From a virus (taxonomy: Duplodnaviria; Heunggongvirae; Uroviricota; Caudoviricetes), in IMG/VR virus record IMGVR_UViG_2563366977_000001, positions 15,651 through 79,650 of that record: a DNA stretch of 64,000 bases. One strand, 5' to 3'. This document shows positions 9,728-19,237 of this stretch, one piece after another (positions within the stretch are counted from its first letter, which is position 1; each line of letters begins with the position of its first letter). The notes beneath the pieces were generated by a model. The model was not told the DNA's origin. It made no database searches and saw only the letters and a list, made by a program, of their open reading frames with translations. A program made the position numbers and the translations under genes.

Positions 9728-10409
9728 CTAACGACTTGTCGATTCGCGGAGTTGGCATGATGAATCCTTGTCCGCTCCACAGGCATGTTTTTTTGGTGTA
9801 ATTGTCTTCCTTGCAATATGCAGTGAAGTGATAAGGATGGAATATGTGATCAGGTTTACGCCAGAATGTCGATATTTGGCTGACCGGGTTTTCAATCATG
9901 TACGGGCAACCAATCATCTTTGCAATGTCGTAACACTGCCAGACAACCTGCATTGCTTTGAACTGGAAAACCGGATCTTTTTTTGCTTTATCTGCGAACC
10001 AGCGTGCGCCAGATACAGCCAGGTCAGTACATGGAGGGAAACCGGCTAAAAATACAACTCTGTGCAAATTTTTCCGAAGGAAATTGTAGACCTCATCACT
10101 GTCAATAATTGCGCTGATACGTGTGAGTACAGCACCTGACTCCATCAATTGGCTGCCGGACTCCTGGTGTTGCGGATCGACAATGACTGCATCAATGCCG
10201 TGTTCCAGCCAGGGGGAAACCATATTCCCTGTATAATCACAAAGACTCACCGCCAGCGGTCGGTTATTAATGCTCTGCTTCACCGCCAATGGCCTCCACC
10301 AGCGAGCTAAACATCGCGGATAATTCGCTTGTGAACAGAATGAAGTCAGCATCAAATCGCTGGGCAACATCTTCACGGTCGATGTCATCGTTCTGGTCAT
10401 AGAGATCAT
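9603..10409 (-). CDS. dcm: C5-cytosine DNA methyltransferase (short Dcm-like)
   Basis: GFPPCTDLAVSG (PC motif IV) and YMIENPV (ENV motif VI); overlaps Dam ORF by 125 nt in a different frame. Confidence 0.65.
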   Translation of the reverse strand: MISMTRTMTSTVKMLPSDLMLTSFCSQANYPRCLARWWRPLAVKQSINNRPLAVSLCDYTGNMVSPWLEHGIDAVIVDPQHQESGSQLMESGAVLTRISAIIDSDEVYNFLRKNLHRVVFLAGFPPCTDLAVSGARWFADKAKKDPVFQFKAMQVVWQCYDIAKMIGCPYMIENPVSQISTFWRKPDHIFHPYHFTAYCKEDNYTKKTCLWSGQGFIMPTPRIDKSLGDPDNRIHKAPPGPERANFRSATPYGFARAVFEANKEGIRG

Positions 10410-11172
10410 CGCAAAACGTCAGTGCTTTGATGCTCATATCATCGTTTAACCTGAAGGTCGCGCGGTCCTGCCAGTTGATTGCAACTGTTGTTGCAACTTT
10501 TCCGGCTTCAATATGAGTCATTATTTCCTCTGACTGTAGGTCTACTTTCTTGCAACGAACTGCGCTGCCGTCATCGAACAGAGATTTCAATATGGCTTCT
10601 TCACCTGCTTTAAAGCCTTGAGGAAATGTTGACTTGAACCATTCGGTCATAGTCATTTCGAGCGGTTCTATCGGCGTGAATGGAATCACCGGAAGGCTGC
10701 CAAGTGATTTACGTAAGAGCGCCAGCATTTCTTCTGCTTTTCTGGCGCTGGAAGCTTCCACGAAGACCAGATAGTTGTCGCGATCAATAAGGATTCGCGA
10801 CAATGATTTGCGAGTGAATGCGCGAGGTAACAAAGAGTGGAGAACTTCATCCTTCAGGGTGTTTTTTTCCGACTTCTTCAGCTTACGAGATTGCTCATTT
10901 TCGAGCTTTTCCACTTTTTTCTGCACTTCCTCCTTAATGACATGAGAGGGCAGGAGCTTAATTTCTCGCTGTTGCTGGAGAAGTAGAAAACCGTGGTATT
11001 CATGGATCAGGTTGTCAGCCAGAACCGGCACCCATCCGACTTTTGCCATTTCTTGTGATGCGCATGGAGTGAATGTGAATTGGCTTAAGGCATCACTAAC
11101 GGTGGTTGAGTCCAGTTTAATTTCGCGGGCAAGGCGATAGACGTATATGTTTTTAAAGGCGACTAATCTCAT
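10267..11172 (-). CDS. rdgC: RdgC recombination-associated protein
   Basis: ORF trimmed to ATG at 11172 (MRLVAFKNIYVYRL, cf. RdgC N-terminus). Confidence 0.7.
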   Translation of the reverse strand: MRLVAFKNIYVYRLAREIKLDSTTVSDALSQFTFTPCASQEMAKVGWVPVLADNLIHEYHGFLLLQQQREIKLLPSHVIKEEVQKKVEKLENEQSRKLKKSEKNTLKDEVLHSLLPRAFTRKSLSRILIDRDNYLVFVEASSARKAEEMLALLRKSLGSLPVIPFTPIEPLEMTMTEWFKSTFPQGFKAGEEAILKSLFDDGSAVRCKKVDLQSEEIMTHIEAGKVATTVAINWQDRATFRLNDDMSIKALTFCDDLYDQNDDIDREDVAQRFDADFILFTSELSAMFSSLVEAIGGEAEH

Positions 11173-11182
11173 GTTTCGCAAA

Positions 11183-11220
11183 ACTGTGTTAGAAAATGAA
11201 ACTAAATTATCTAACACAGT
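11183..11220. promoter_or_regulatory. Operator-like inverted repeat ACTGTGTTAGA-N16-TCTAACACAGT upstream of rdgC
   Basis: Perfect 11-bp inverted repeat carrying the recurrent TGTTAGA / TCTAACA motif. Confidence 0.45.
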
Positions 11221-11231
11221 TTTGCATTTTG

Positions 11232-11909
11232 CTATCCCTTCACAAAGGAGAAATTGCTCGCTGTTGCTTTTAGCGCGCCACCAGCTTTCAGGGCTATATC
11301 ACCATCAGCGGCGACGGTTACATTGCTGCCTTTTACATTAACGTCTCCATCAGAGGATACATTGGTTTTGCTGCTTGATTTGACGTTAACCTCACCTCCA
11401 GCATTAAGCACTATATTCGCCGGGCCGATTATGTAAATCTGGCCGGATTCGTTCATCCCTATCCTTGATCCTGCGGCGGTGTTTGCTATTTCATAGCCAC
11501 CGCCAGCCGTTCTTACCTCAAGGATATTGTTTCGGTGAATAACAAAATCTTCAGTCGCCGAAAACTGGGGGCGGGCAGGAGCACCATCAACTTCTTCTGG
11601 CGACCATCCACTTCCTTGTCCGGAGGCTTCCGGAGGCACATTTGGTACGCCTCCTGGGGCATCCTGCGCCGCGCCAACGATTAAAGGTCGGCGCGTGTCT
11701 ATCCTGCCTTTAGCATCCAGATAAGGAAATTCGACCCAGACTAAATCGCCGCTGACTGTAGGTGTAAAGGCGTTACCGATAGGCATTTGATACTCTGCCC
11801 ATGGGAGGTCTTCATCCGGTACACCGTTCCAGTCAGGCAGTATGCGGACCTGCGCTCGCATAAGTCCGGCAGGGTGTTTGGTCCCTACGATTTGCGCTCT
11901 GCGTTTCAC
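11232..11909 (-). CDS. Baseplate central spike protein (gpV-like)
   Basis: N-terminal OB-fold-like pattern (RILPDW...PxGDxVWVEF) and C-terminal repeated NVKxS / VxVxGD beta-helix-like repeats. Confidence 0.45.
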   Translation of the reverse strand: MKRRAQIVGTKHPAGLMRAQVRILPDWNGVPDEDLPWAEYQMPIGNAFTPTVSGDLVWVEFPYLDAKGRIDTRRPLIVGAAQDAPGGVPNVPPEASGQGSGWSPEEVDGAPARPQFSATEDFVIHRNNILEVRTAGGGYEIANTAAGSRIGMNESGQIYIIGPANIVLNAGGEVNVKSSSKTNVSSDGDVNVKGSNVTVAADGDIALKAGGALKATASNFSFVKG

Positions 11910-12886
11910 TGGTTGGGTACTCCTAATATCATTCGTGTTGTATAGCCGATCCGGTCTTCAAAATGGGCTACGTTTTTCACCAGCAGCTTACGAGGCAACG
12001 ATTCGTCCAGCTTATTTTCCTGGTCGTAACGATACACGAGGATCTCAATAACCATTCCCGGCGTGATGTCGGGATTACCCGCGACCTCAATATCCATTTT
12101 GGGTACGAGCGACAATTGCATATTGCGCAGAGTTTCCATATCCGGATCGGATATATAGCGTATTGGAAGTGAGCTATCGCCATATTCGACATAGCCTTCA
12201 GTCATTGAATAGCCGGTAAATCGATACTGAGTATTTGCCGTAACGGCATACTCTTGCTGTATAAGCCTCATTTTTGAAATCGTGTATTCCGCCCTGGGGT
12301 TGTTCCCTTCATAGGTGAATGATGGTTTGGCTTTCATAAGGTCAGCTAATGTATAAAAGTTAAACTGACCACGGCAGGCCCAGCATAAAGCGCCTTTGTC
12401 GCGGGCCATTTCAGATAGCATTTTGGAGGGTTTTTCCCCGGCGGAAAGATGGTACGTACAGCTTCGTTTCAATGCGCTGGAGGCGATTTTCAGTGTACCG
12501 GTATACGTCTTGAAGATGGTATCAGGCGTTTTATTTGTATGCAGGTTAGCCCGTAGAGCGGGGATCTTAAATATCCGAACGTCTTCACTGACTGCAATGA
12601 CCGTAATGACATCACCAGCCAGCACCGCAGATGTTACGAAAAAAGTTGTTTTAAACGTACCTGAATTGCCTTGTGGATCACCCATCTCTGCAACCAGTGC
12701 TGCGCCGTATTTTGTTTTCCAGTCATCAATTATGGTGCCGGTAATGTCGTGAATTTCCAGTTTCAGCAATGGTGCACGCAGGTTTGCCTTTTCCACATAT
12801 ACGGCAGTGAATATCCACTCCCTGGGCACTTTGTTTCCGTTGATGGTAATGGACTGTAGAAAGTATTGCTGTAGCTCCTGGGACAT
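11906..12886 (-). CDS. Putative baseplate/tail protein
   Basis: 326-aa ORF translationally coupled upstream of spike gene. Confidence 0.3.
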   Translation of the reverse strand: MSQELQQYFLQSITINGNKVPREWIFTAVYVEKANLRAPLLKLEIHDITGTIIDDWKTKYGAALVAEMGDPQGNSGTFKTTFFVTSAVLAGDVITVIAVSEDVRIFKIPALRANLHTNKTPDTIFKTYTGTLKIASSALKRSCTYHLSAGEKPSKMLSEMARDKGALCWACRGQFNFYTLADLMKAKPSFTYEGNNPRAEYTISKMRLIQQEYAVTANTQYRFTGYSMTEGYVEYGDSSLPIRYISDPDMETLRNMQLSLVPKMDIEVAGNPDITPGMVIEILVYRYDQENKLDESLPRKLLVKNVAHFEDRIGYTTRMILGVPNQ

Positions 12887-12889
12887 GGC

Positions 12890-13657
12890 TTACCCCATTC
12901 TCAGAGAGGTTTCAGTAATAATTCGTTTCGCGTCCAGCTCCCAGGCGGTGATCACGTCTGCTATAACACTAATTGCCGTTTGTGCAGCATAAATACGCTC
13001 TTCCCCAATTGGGGCTGAAACATCAGTAAAACTGATGTCTTTAGCATCCTGAATCGCGCAGATTAGCGGGACGGGTACTCGTACCAGCGGGGTTGTTGCT
13101 TCAAACTGCGTTCCTGCCATCAAGCGAAGACGTGCTCCTAGCGAATTACACATCAGACTCATGGTCGCCTTATCCGTCGCCATTAACGTAACGTCATACG
13201 TCAGATTTGCCTGGGTGTATTCCAGGGCTACTAAAGGCATACCGCTGCCAGGTTCGCAGAAGTGATCACAGCTTTTGCGGTCTATCTGCTGGTCATTGTT
13301 GATATAGCTGATATCCATTGAGCGCGAGATATTAATCAGAGGGAGCGCATCGCGATTAATGTTCGGATTCTCTGGCTTTCTCCCTTGCCCGGCATTAGCA
13401 CGGCGAACCGCTTTAAGGAACTCGACCGCGTTATCAAAACGGGCAACATAAACACGCTCCGCTGGTGGGCGACTCAGGAATGATGCAAAGCGCCTTTCTT
13501 CTTTTGCTGGTTCCACCAGCGTTACGTCAGAAAAAATGTCGCTGATTAGCGTAGCAAAAGCGTTATCCACTCTTTCCAGACCAGTTGTCTGGAATTTTCC
13601 GGTACGCGTTGTCTGCCACTCGCCAATGCGGGACAGGAGAGTTTTGTTGGGTGTCAT
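12890..13657 (-). CDS. Putative tail/baseplate protein
   Basis: 255-aa ORF in same minus-strand cluster. Confidence 0.3.
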   Translation of the reverse strand: MTPNKTLLSRIGEWQTTRTGKFQTTGLERVDNAFATLISDIFSDVTLVEPAKEERRFASFLSRPPAERVYVARFDNAVEFLKAVRRANAGQGRKPENPNINRDALPLINISRSMDISYINNDQQIDRKSCDHFCEPGSGMPLVALEYTQANLTYDVTLMATDKATMSLMCNSLGARLRLMAGTQFEATTPLVRVPVPLICAIQDAKDISFTDVSAPIGEERIYAAQTAISVIADVITAWELDAKRIITETSLRMG

Positions 13658-14457
13658 TCGATCACTCCGTTTTGAGTGGTATCAAAGTTCCTGGCCGGGA
13701 TGCAGTAATACAGGGAGCCGACGTGTTGTGTTCCGTAGCTGAAGATTCGATGCACGTACCACCAGCGGCGGGCGAGGCCATTCGCCATTTCTTCGTTCCA
13801 TTCCAGGATTGAACCAACAGGTACGTTGTTTGCAGCAATACGCAGGATTAGCACTTCATCAGCAAGACCATCCTGTTCTCCATCGGCATCAATGGCATGA
13901 AACGAATCCCTTCCGTCCGGGTTATCCAGGACGTATACGATTTCCGGTTCCAGATAGGTAAGCTCACGCTGGTTGTTGTCCAGTTGCGTGAAAGACTCTT
14001 CACCTGTTTCATCGTTTACGACGCCATAGGTGCCATCAGCCGGGCGGTATAAAAGCGCCTCGAACGCGTCAGGGCTTGATTCAATAATGAGCATCCAATC
14101 GGCGCGGATCTGGTCGTTGAACGCTTTATGTCCGTTATATCGGGTTTTAAGCTGCTGGTTTGGTTCTCTGTTAGCGAGCGATGCCGGTAGGGGAGCGATG
14201 TCAGGTTCAATCACTTCCGTAACAGAGTCACCAGCATTATCAGGCCAATTATCATGGCTATTAGATTGGGTGGCGGCGTGCTCTTCCAGAATACTGAATG
14301 GCCCTGCACTGACATTCCCATTTTCCGTTGTGCTTCCTTCATTCGCTTCAACCGTCGTTGTCTCTTCTCTCTGCGTGCTGTCATGTTCTGTTCCCTTTCT
14401 CATCAGGCTTGCATCATCAGCAAGCCATTCATCAAAACGGCCCATAAGCGTCCTCAA
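13654..14457 (-). CDS. Hypothetical acidic protein, first gene of minus-strand cluster
   Basis: 267-aa ORF overlapping next gene by 4 nt. Confidence 0.3.
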   Translation of the reverse strand: MRTLMGRFDEWLADDASLMRKGTEHDSTQREETTTVEANEGSTTENGNVSAGPFSILEEHAATQSNSHDNWPDNAGDSVTEVIEPDIAPLPASLANREPNQQLKTRYNGHKAFNDQIRADWMLIIESSPDAFEALLYRPADGTYGVVNDETGEESFTQLDNNQRELTYLEPEIVYVLDNPDGRDSFHAIDADGEQDGLADEVLILRIAANNVPVGSILEWNEEMANGLARRWWYVHRIFSYGTQHVGSLYYCIPARNFDTTQNGVIE

Positions 14458-14608
14458 AGGTCGATTTATCAGGTATCGAAAGGAAGATTTTCGGGAGATT
14501 GTGATTTTGGATGGAGGAGGGGAATTGTTGCAATATGCACTTGCGCACGGTGCAACGGTGCGCTATCATTATGACATTCATTAATAATCATGGAGGATAA
14601 GATGATCG

Positions 14609-14911
14609 ATGAGCAAAAAGATTAACATAAAGAATTTCAGGGATGAGTGGCTTGATGATTTTTTTGAATTTTCAATACCACACAAAAAGATACCTTCTGA
14701 TATTCAGATTACATTGTTGCGGAAGCTGGATATTATCAATGCTGCAACTACTTGGAAGGACTTGAGATCACCACCAGGTAATCGGTATGAGGAATTGTCA
14801 GGGAAGCTAAACGGCTATTCATCAATAAGGGTGAATAAGCAATACAGGTTAATTTTTAAGTGGGTTAACGGAAAGGCCGAGGACTTGTATCTCGACCCTC
14901 ACAAATACTAA
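14609..14911 (+). CDS. higB: HigB-family toxin (plasmid maintenance killer protein)
   Basis: 100 aa; toxin-first arrangement with HTH antitoxin directly downstream. Confidence 0.7.
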   Translation: MSKKINIKNFRDEWLDDFFEFSIPHKKIPSDIQITLLRKLDIINAATTWKDLRSPPGNRYEELSGKLNGYSSIRVNKQYRLIFKWVNGKAEDLYLDPHKY

Positions 14912-14982
14912 AACAAATACCCGGCGGATGGGCCGGGTACTGACCAGAGTCCACTTAATACGCACGCTAGTAAGGGCAAAAA

Positions 14983-15321
14983 ATGAAACAGGCAACCAGA
15001 AAACCGACGACTGTAGGTGATATCCTGCTGTACGAATACCTGGAGCCGTTAGAGCTTAAGATCAACGAGTTAGCAGAAATACTTCATGTTCATCGTAACA
15101 CCGTAAGTGCTCTTGTTAATAATAATCGTAAGCTAACGATGGATATGGCATATCGCCTGGCAAAAGCATTCGATACTTCTGTAGATTTTTGGATTAATCT
15201 TCAGACCGCAGTAGACCTGTGGGAAGTCGAAAATGATATGCGCGTTCAGGAAGAGTTAAGTCGTATCAATACTGCTGAAAAATTTATTTCTCAGCGGAAC
15301 CTGAATAAAAAAGCAGCCTGA
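14983..15321 (+). CDS. higA: HigA-family antitoxin (XRE-type HTH)
   Basis: 112 aa with HTH (ELAEILHVHRNTVSALVNN) and HigA-like C-terminus. Confidence 0.7.
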   Translation: MKQATRKPTTVGDILLYEYLEPLELKINELAEILHVHRNTVSALVNNNRKLTMDMAYRLAKAFDTSVDFWINLQTAVDLWEVENDMRVQEELSRINTAEKFISQRNLNKKAA

Positions 15322-15340
15322 TATAGTAAAACACATACAA

Positions 15341-15366
15341 AAAGCCCACTTAACAAGTGGGCTTTC
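15341..15366 (+). terminator. Hairpin terminator after higA
   Basis: AAGCCCACT-TAACA-AGTGGGCTT stem-loop followed by T-rich tract. Confidence 0.5.
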
Positions 15367-15377
15367 CTTTGGAATTA

Positions 15378-15738
15378 ATGAACATTAAACCTATCCGTAC
15401 AGAACAAGATTATGAGGCCGCACTGCGTGAAGTCGAACCGATGTTCGATAACGAACCGGAAATGAATACCCCGGAAGGTGATTTCTTTGAGGTCATGTGT
15501 CTTCTCATTGAGGAGTACGAGAAAAAACATTATTCCAATTGAGCCACCATCACCTATTGAAGCCATTAAGTTCCGTATGGAACAGCAAGGGCTGACCGTG
15601 AAGGATCTGGAACCGGCTATTGGTAAATCAAATCGTGTTTACGAGGTGCTAAATGGGACACGAAATTTGACGTTACCTATGATTCGCCGTTTACATTCCC
15701 AGTTTGGCATTCCTCTTGAAAGCCTAGTTGGTGTTTAA
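15378..15738 (+). pseudogene. Second HigA-like HTH antitoxin gene split by a 1-nt frameshift in an A6 tract
   Basis: ORFs 15357..15542 and 15478..15738 together resemble one HTH antitoxin; they differ by +1 frame at GAGAAAAAACATT (about 15521-15533). Confidence 0.45.
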
Positions 15739-15799
15739 GTTTGGCGGTCTGGATGACCGCTTTTACCAAAAGTAAAGTTAAGAAGGTTTGATTGTTTAT

Positions 15800-16537
15800 A
15801 TGAGCAAAGATTCATCATTAGAAAATAAAGATGAAAATATCACTGTCAAGAATACAATCGAAGAAGCCATTAGAGACAAGTTATTTAATAAGTTGTTTGC
15901 ATATGTTGTGGTTTCTTTTTTTGTCGTTAACTGGCAGGATATTTTCATTTTATTTAAATCAAAGTACGATATATATACGACATTATCTATAGTATGGGTA
16001 GGTGATGAGTATAATATCCCCTTTTTGCCATCATTCATTTTGCCACCATTTGTAGCTCATTTTGTCATGCCATTTATATATGGCACTGTTGCGTCTGTTA
16101 TTATACCTTATGTTACGTTGTTTATATCGAAAGCCACAGGTAGAAATTATGCAAGGATACGATATCTTGATTATGAATTTGATTTGAAAGAGAAAGCCAA
16201 AATAGAAGATTTAATGTTTGATCTGCGTAGCAAAGAAAGCGCCAGATTAGATTTGGATGCAGCAATAGAGGAGAGAATAAAATCATTAAGTGCAATCGAC
16301 TCTAAGAACAAAGAGCTTCTGGACGACAGAGTTGCTTTGTTCGAAGGCATAAAAGCGATAGTGGATGTATATACAGAAAAAAATAAAAGAATCTCCTCGC
16401 CTGAAGATTTTGTTGATTTATTAAAGGCTGTGGAAAGAACTGATTTTTATAAGGATATTGGTTTGTCTGGCATAAATGATTTAATAGCTGATTTAAAGAA
16501 TACTTACGAAGACATACTTAAACCCATGTCCGACTAA
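15800..16537 (+). CDS. AT-rich two-TM membrane protein with cytoplasmic coiled-coil domain (defence/exclusion candidate)
   Basis: Two hydrophobic helices then charged helical C-terminal half; very low GC relative to flanks; own terminator. Confidence 0.5.
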   Translation: MSKDSSLENKDENITVKNTIEEAIRDKLFNKLFAYVVVSFFVVNWQDIFILFKSKYDIYTTLSIVWVGDEYNIPFLPSFILPPFVAHFVMPFIYGTVASVIIPYVTLFISKATGRNYARIRYLDYEFDLKEKAKIEDLMFDLRSKESARLDLDAAIEERIKSLSAIDSKNKELLDDRVALFEGIKAIVDVYTEKNKRISSPEDFVDLLKAVERTDFYKDIGLSGINDLIADLKNTYEDILKPMSD

Positions 16538-16545
16538 CGCTTAAA

Positions 16546-16563
16546 AGGCGGATTTTCCGCCTT
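16546..16563 (+). terminator. Hairpin terminator (GGCGGATTTTCCGCC)
   Basis: Stem-loop immediately after stop of the membrane protein gene. Confidence 0.5.
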
Positions 16564-16630
16564 GCTTTGATGACTTTGATGTAAAACATTTTTTCAGCTA
16601 TTTGAACACCATGATGGTGTTATTCGTGAT

Positions 16631-17110
16631 TTGTCATTTCTTGATGCTCATCAGGCTGTGTTTGTTCAGCAACAAGAAGGAAAGCAACCGATAGAGTATC
16701 GCTTTTGGGTTACGTACTCTTTTCACTGCTTCACAAAAGACTATGCACACCAGACTGAGGAAGAGAAACTGGCGTTAATGTACCACGCCCCTAAAGAGTC
16801 TCGTCCATTTTGTGAGCGTCGCTATAATCTTGCCAAACTTCACTTAAAAGAGGCAATTCTGTCATTGTCGGAAGGTAAGGTGATCCATGCCGGATACGGA
16901 AGCTATGCCGTTATTGAGGTAAATATTGGGGAGGGTAACAAGGAGTATTATTTTGTTGCGTTTAAGGCTTTCAGGGAAAAGAAAAAGTTGCGGTTACACA
17001 TCACTAGCGCCTACCCGGTATCAGAAAAACCAAATGGCAGGTCAGTGAAGTTTTTCGCAATCGCATACAATCTGTTAAGGAACAAACCGCTTCCTAAGCC
17101 ACCAAAATAA
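16631..17110 (+). CDS. Hypothetical protein, independent cargo unit
   Basis: 159-aa ORF followed by hairpin AAAGCCCACCTTAAGGTGGGCTT at about 17111-17133. Confidence 0.4.
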   Translation: MSFLDAHQAVFVQQQEGKQPIEYRFWVTYSFHCFTKDYAHQTEEEKLALMYHAPKESRPFCERRYNLAKLHLKEAILSLSEGKVIHAGYGSYAVIEVNIGEGNKEYYFVAFKAFREKKKLRLHITSAYPVSEKPNGRSVKFFAIAYNLLRNKPLPKPPK

Positions 17111-17335
17111 CAAAGCCCACCTTAAGGTGGGCTTCGCCAGAAATTATTTTCTGGTATTCAGAACGCCATTACCGGACTTTGCCTTGACCAAGTATCACAA
17201 CAGGCTTGACCTGTTATGATAGCTGGTTGCGGGATGTCTGAATTTCTTCAGTCTGCTGCATCCTCGAAGGTTTGGTTCAACATGTACCATTCCTTCACCG
17301 TCATAATAGTGAACTATTCACGTCCTTACAAACAC

Positions 17336-18541
17336 TTATACATTTTTTACGTTGTTCTTCACATACGCCATGAACATCTTTTCGGCTTGTGCTGGTGGTG
17401 TTCCTGCCATAACAAGCGCGTCAATGAACGCCTGCTTCTTCAGTGCGAACTGGTCAGCAAGACGTTGCTGAAGTTCCTTGTTTTTCTGCTTCTCCCGTTG
17501 CAAAGCAGCTTCTTTTGCCGCTGCCCGTTTTTTCTGTGCGTCGGATAACTTTCTGGCCCTCGTCAGTTGGTCGCGCAGCTTGTCGATCTTACCGTTGTCC
17601 TTTGCCAGTTTTGAGCTTAAAGCGGCCTGGCGTTTCTGATAGAGCTTCCATTCACGTTTAGCTGCCTCAACATTCGTTTTGCTGCTACGGTTTCGATTGA
17701 ACGCCTTCTCGTCTTCTTTTGTGAAGTGTTTTGTCGTGCGGCGGCGATCGTCACCAAAGGCAACTTGCGTTGCAGCTTTTTGCAGGGCGCGAGCAATACT
17801 CATCTGCCAACTGGCAGACTGTAGTCGTGTCATTGAGTGGATCACATGTTTACAGGCGACGCCTTGCAGCTTAGGGTTGCGAACTTTTGGATAGGCGTAT
17901 TCTTTTGGCGGGGCCAGGGCAAAGTTACCCGCAGTGGCGATGTAGCGATACCAGTATTGATGGCGACCGCAGTCACAATCGAAAGACACTCGCCCGGCAC
18001 ACAGTGATTTTGTGACTTTCAGGGCTGATTTATCGTCTTCTGCGATGTCATCGACCATCTGATCCCATTCTTCAAAACGTACCCGGACAATGTGGTGCTG
18101 GTGAACGGATATATCGGACGCTTCCACGCGGATATTAATCACATTGTGACGAAGAGATACGGGCGTAGCTCTTTTGATACCAGAACCGTCGTCTACGGCG
18201 TTATTTGCTCGCTTAATATCGATAGCCTGGCTGGACGCTACCAGTTGTGCGTATGTAATGCCAGCCGTCTTGCTGTCGTATTTTTCGCGTGCTTTGCTTC
18301 GCAGCTTTTCGAAGCCTTTCAGATCGTCACGCGTAAAGAACGTGCCGCCTTTCTTTTTCCCCAGCTTAAGAATGTCTTCGGCTGATTTATTCCTAAGCCT
18401 GCCCGGCGTGAGTGTCCTGTGCGCCTGGCGGCGTTTGCGGTTTTGCTCTTTCCTGATGAGTTCAAATACGCGTGTGAAATCCTTAGAGGACAGGCCGTCA
18501 GTGATATATCGCCCGTCCTGATTTTTCAGGAAGTCAGGCAT
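17336..18541 (-). CDS. SWIM zinc-finger protein with lysine/arginine-rich coiled-coil tail
   Basis: C-x-C-x(n)-C-x-H pattern (FDCDCGRHQYW ... CKHVIH); C-terminal K/R/Q/A-rich helical region. Confidence 0.5.
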   Translation of the reverse strand: MPDFLKNQDGRYITDGLSSKDFTRVFELIRKEQNRKRRQAHRTLTPGRLRNKSAEDILKLGKKKGGTFFTRDDLKGFEKLRSKAREKYDSKTAGITYAQLVASSQAIDIKRANNAVDDGSGIKRATPVSLRHNVINIRVEASDISVHQHHIVRVRFEEWDQMVDDIAEDDKSALKVTKSLCAGRVSFDCDCGRHQYWYRYIATAGNFALAPPKEYAYPKVRNPKLQGVACKHVIHSMTRLQSASWQMSIARALQKAATQVAFGDDRRRTTKHFTKEDEKAFNRNRSSKTNVEAAKREWKLYQKRQAALSSKLAKDNGKIDKLRDQLTRARKLSDAQKKRAAAKEAALQREKQKNKELQQRLADQFALKKQAFIDALVMAGTPPAQAEKMFMAYVKNNVKNV

Positions 18542-18863
18542 TTTCTATCTCCGGTGCCGAGCCAGCGTAATCGCGAATCTTGTTTCTTAGCCATGCTGCG
18601 TCAGGAAGAGTTAACGTTGTCCCTACCGGCATTTCTTCCATTTCTGACTCATGGCCCACCAGCACGCGAAATACCCAGCGCAAATCAGCGTTGCCATAGG
18701 CGCGATAGGCCGCCAGGTCTGAGCGATAAACCTCATCAATTTTTATCGTGTACTGGAAATTATCGGAGTGATACTCCGATACCCGCTTGATCATCTCCTG
18801 ATGGAATAGTGCGCGCAGCACATCGTCTTCAATGCATCGATCGTCGAGCCTGCTGTAACTCAT
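18534..18863 (-). CDS. Hypothetical protein co-transcribed with SWIM protein
   Basis: 109-aa ORF overlapping SWIM gene start by 8 nt. Confidence 0.4.
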   Translation of the reverse strand: MSYSRLDDRCIEDDVLRALFHQEMIKRVSEYHSDNFQYTIKIDEVYRSDLAAYRAYGNADLRWVFRVLVGHESEMEEMPVGTTLTLPDAAWLRNKIRDYAGSAPEIENA

Positions 18864-18955
18864 AACAGTTCCTCACAGTCATAACCTGGGGGGAACTGTA
18901 TGCAGGGTGTGAAATGCGAGAAAGCAGCGTCACCTTGCCTGGTGACGCTGTGAAA

Positions 18956-19237
18956 TTATGCGTGTGAAAATAATGGACGGATGTTTGGGCGAGCGGTTTG
19001 CGAAGCAACCCAAAGCTCATACTGGGATTGCATACCGGTCCACATTTCGGCACTGGTTCCAAGAGCGGACTCCAGACGAAGTGCCATATCAGCGGAAATA
19101 CCTGTTTTTTCGTTCAAAATTCGGGAAAGTGCCGTGCGAGTAATGCCTAATGCAGCAGCGGTGTCTGTGACTGATATGTCTCCCAAATATTCACGAAGAA
19201 CCGCGCCTGGATGCGCGGGATTATGCATACGACTCAT
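18956..19237 (-). CDS. HigA-family HTH antitoxin-like protein (third gene of a TA operon)
   Basis: 93 aa; [21 protein letters not shown]; start overlaps upstream antitoxin stop (ATGA). Confidence 0.6.
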   Translation of the reverse strand: MSRMHNPAHPGAVLREYLGDISVTDTAAALGITRTALSRILNEKTGISADMALRLESALGTSAEMWTGMQSQYELWVASQTARPNIRPLFSHA

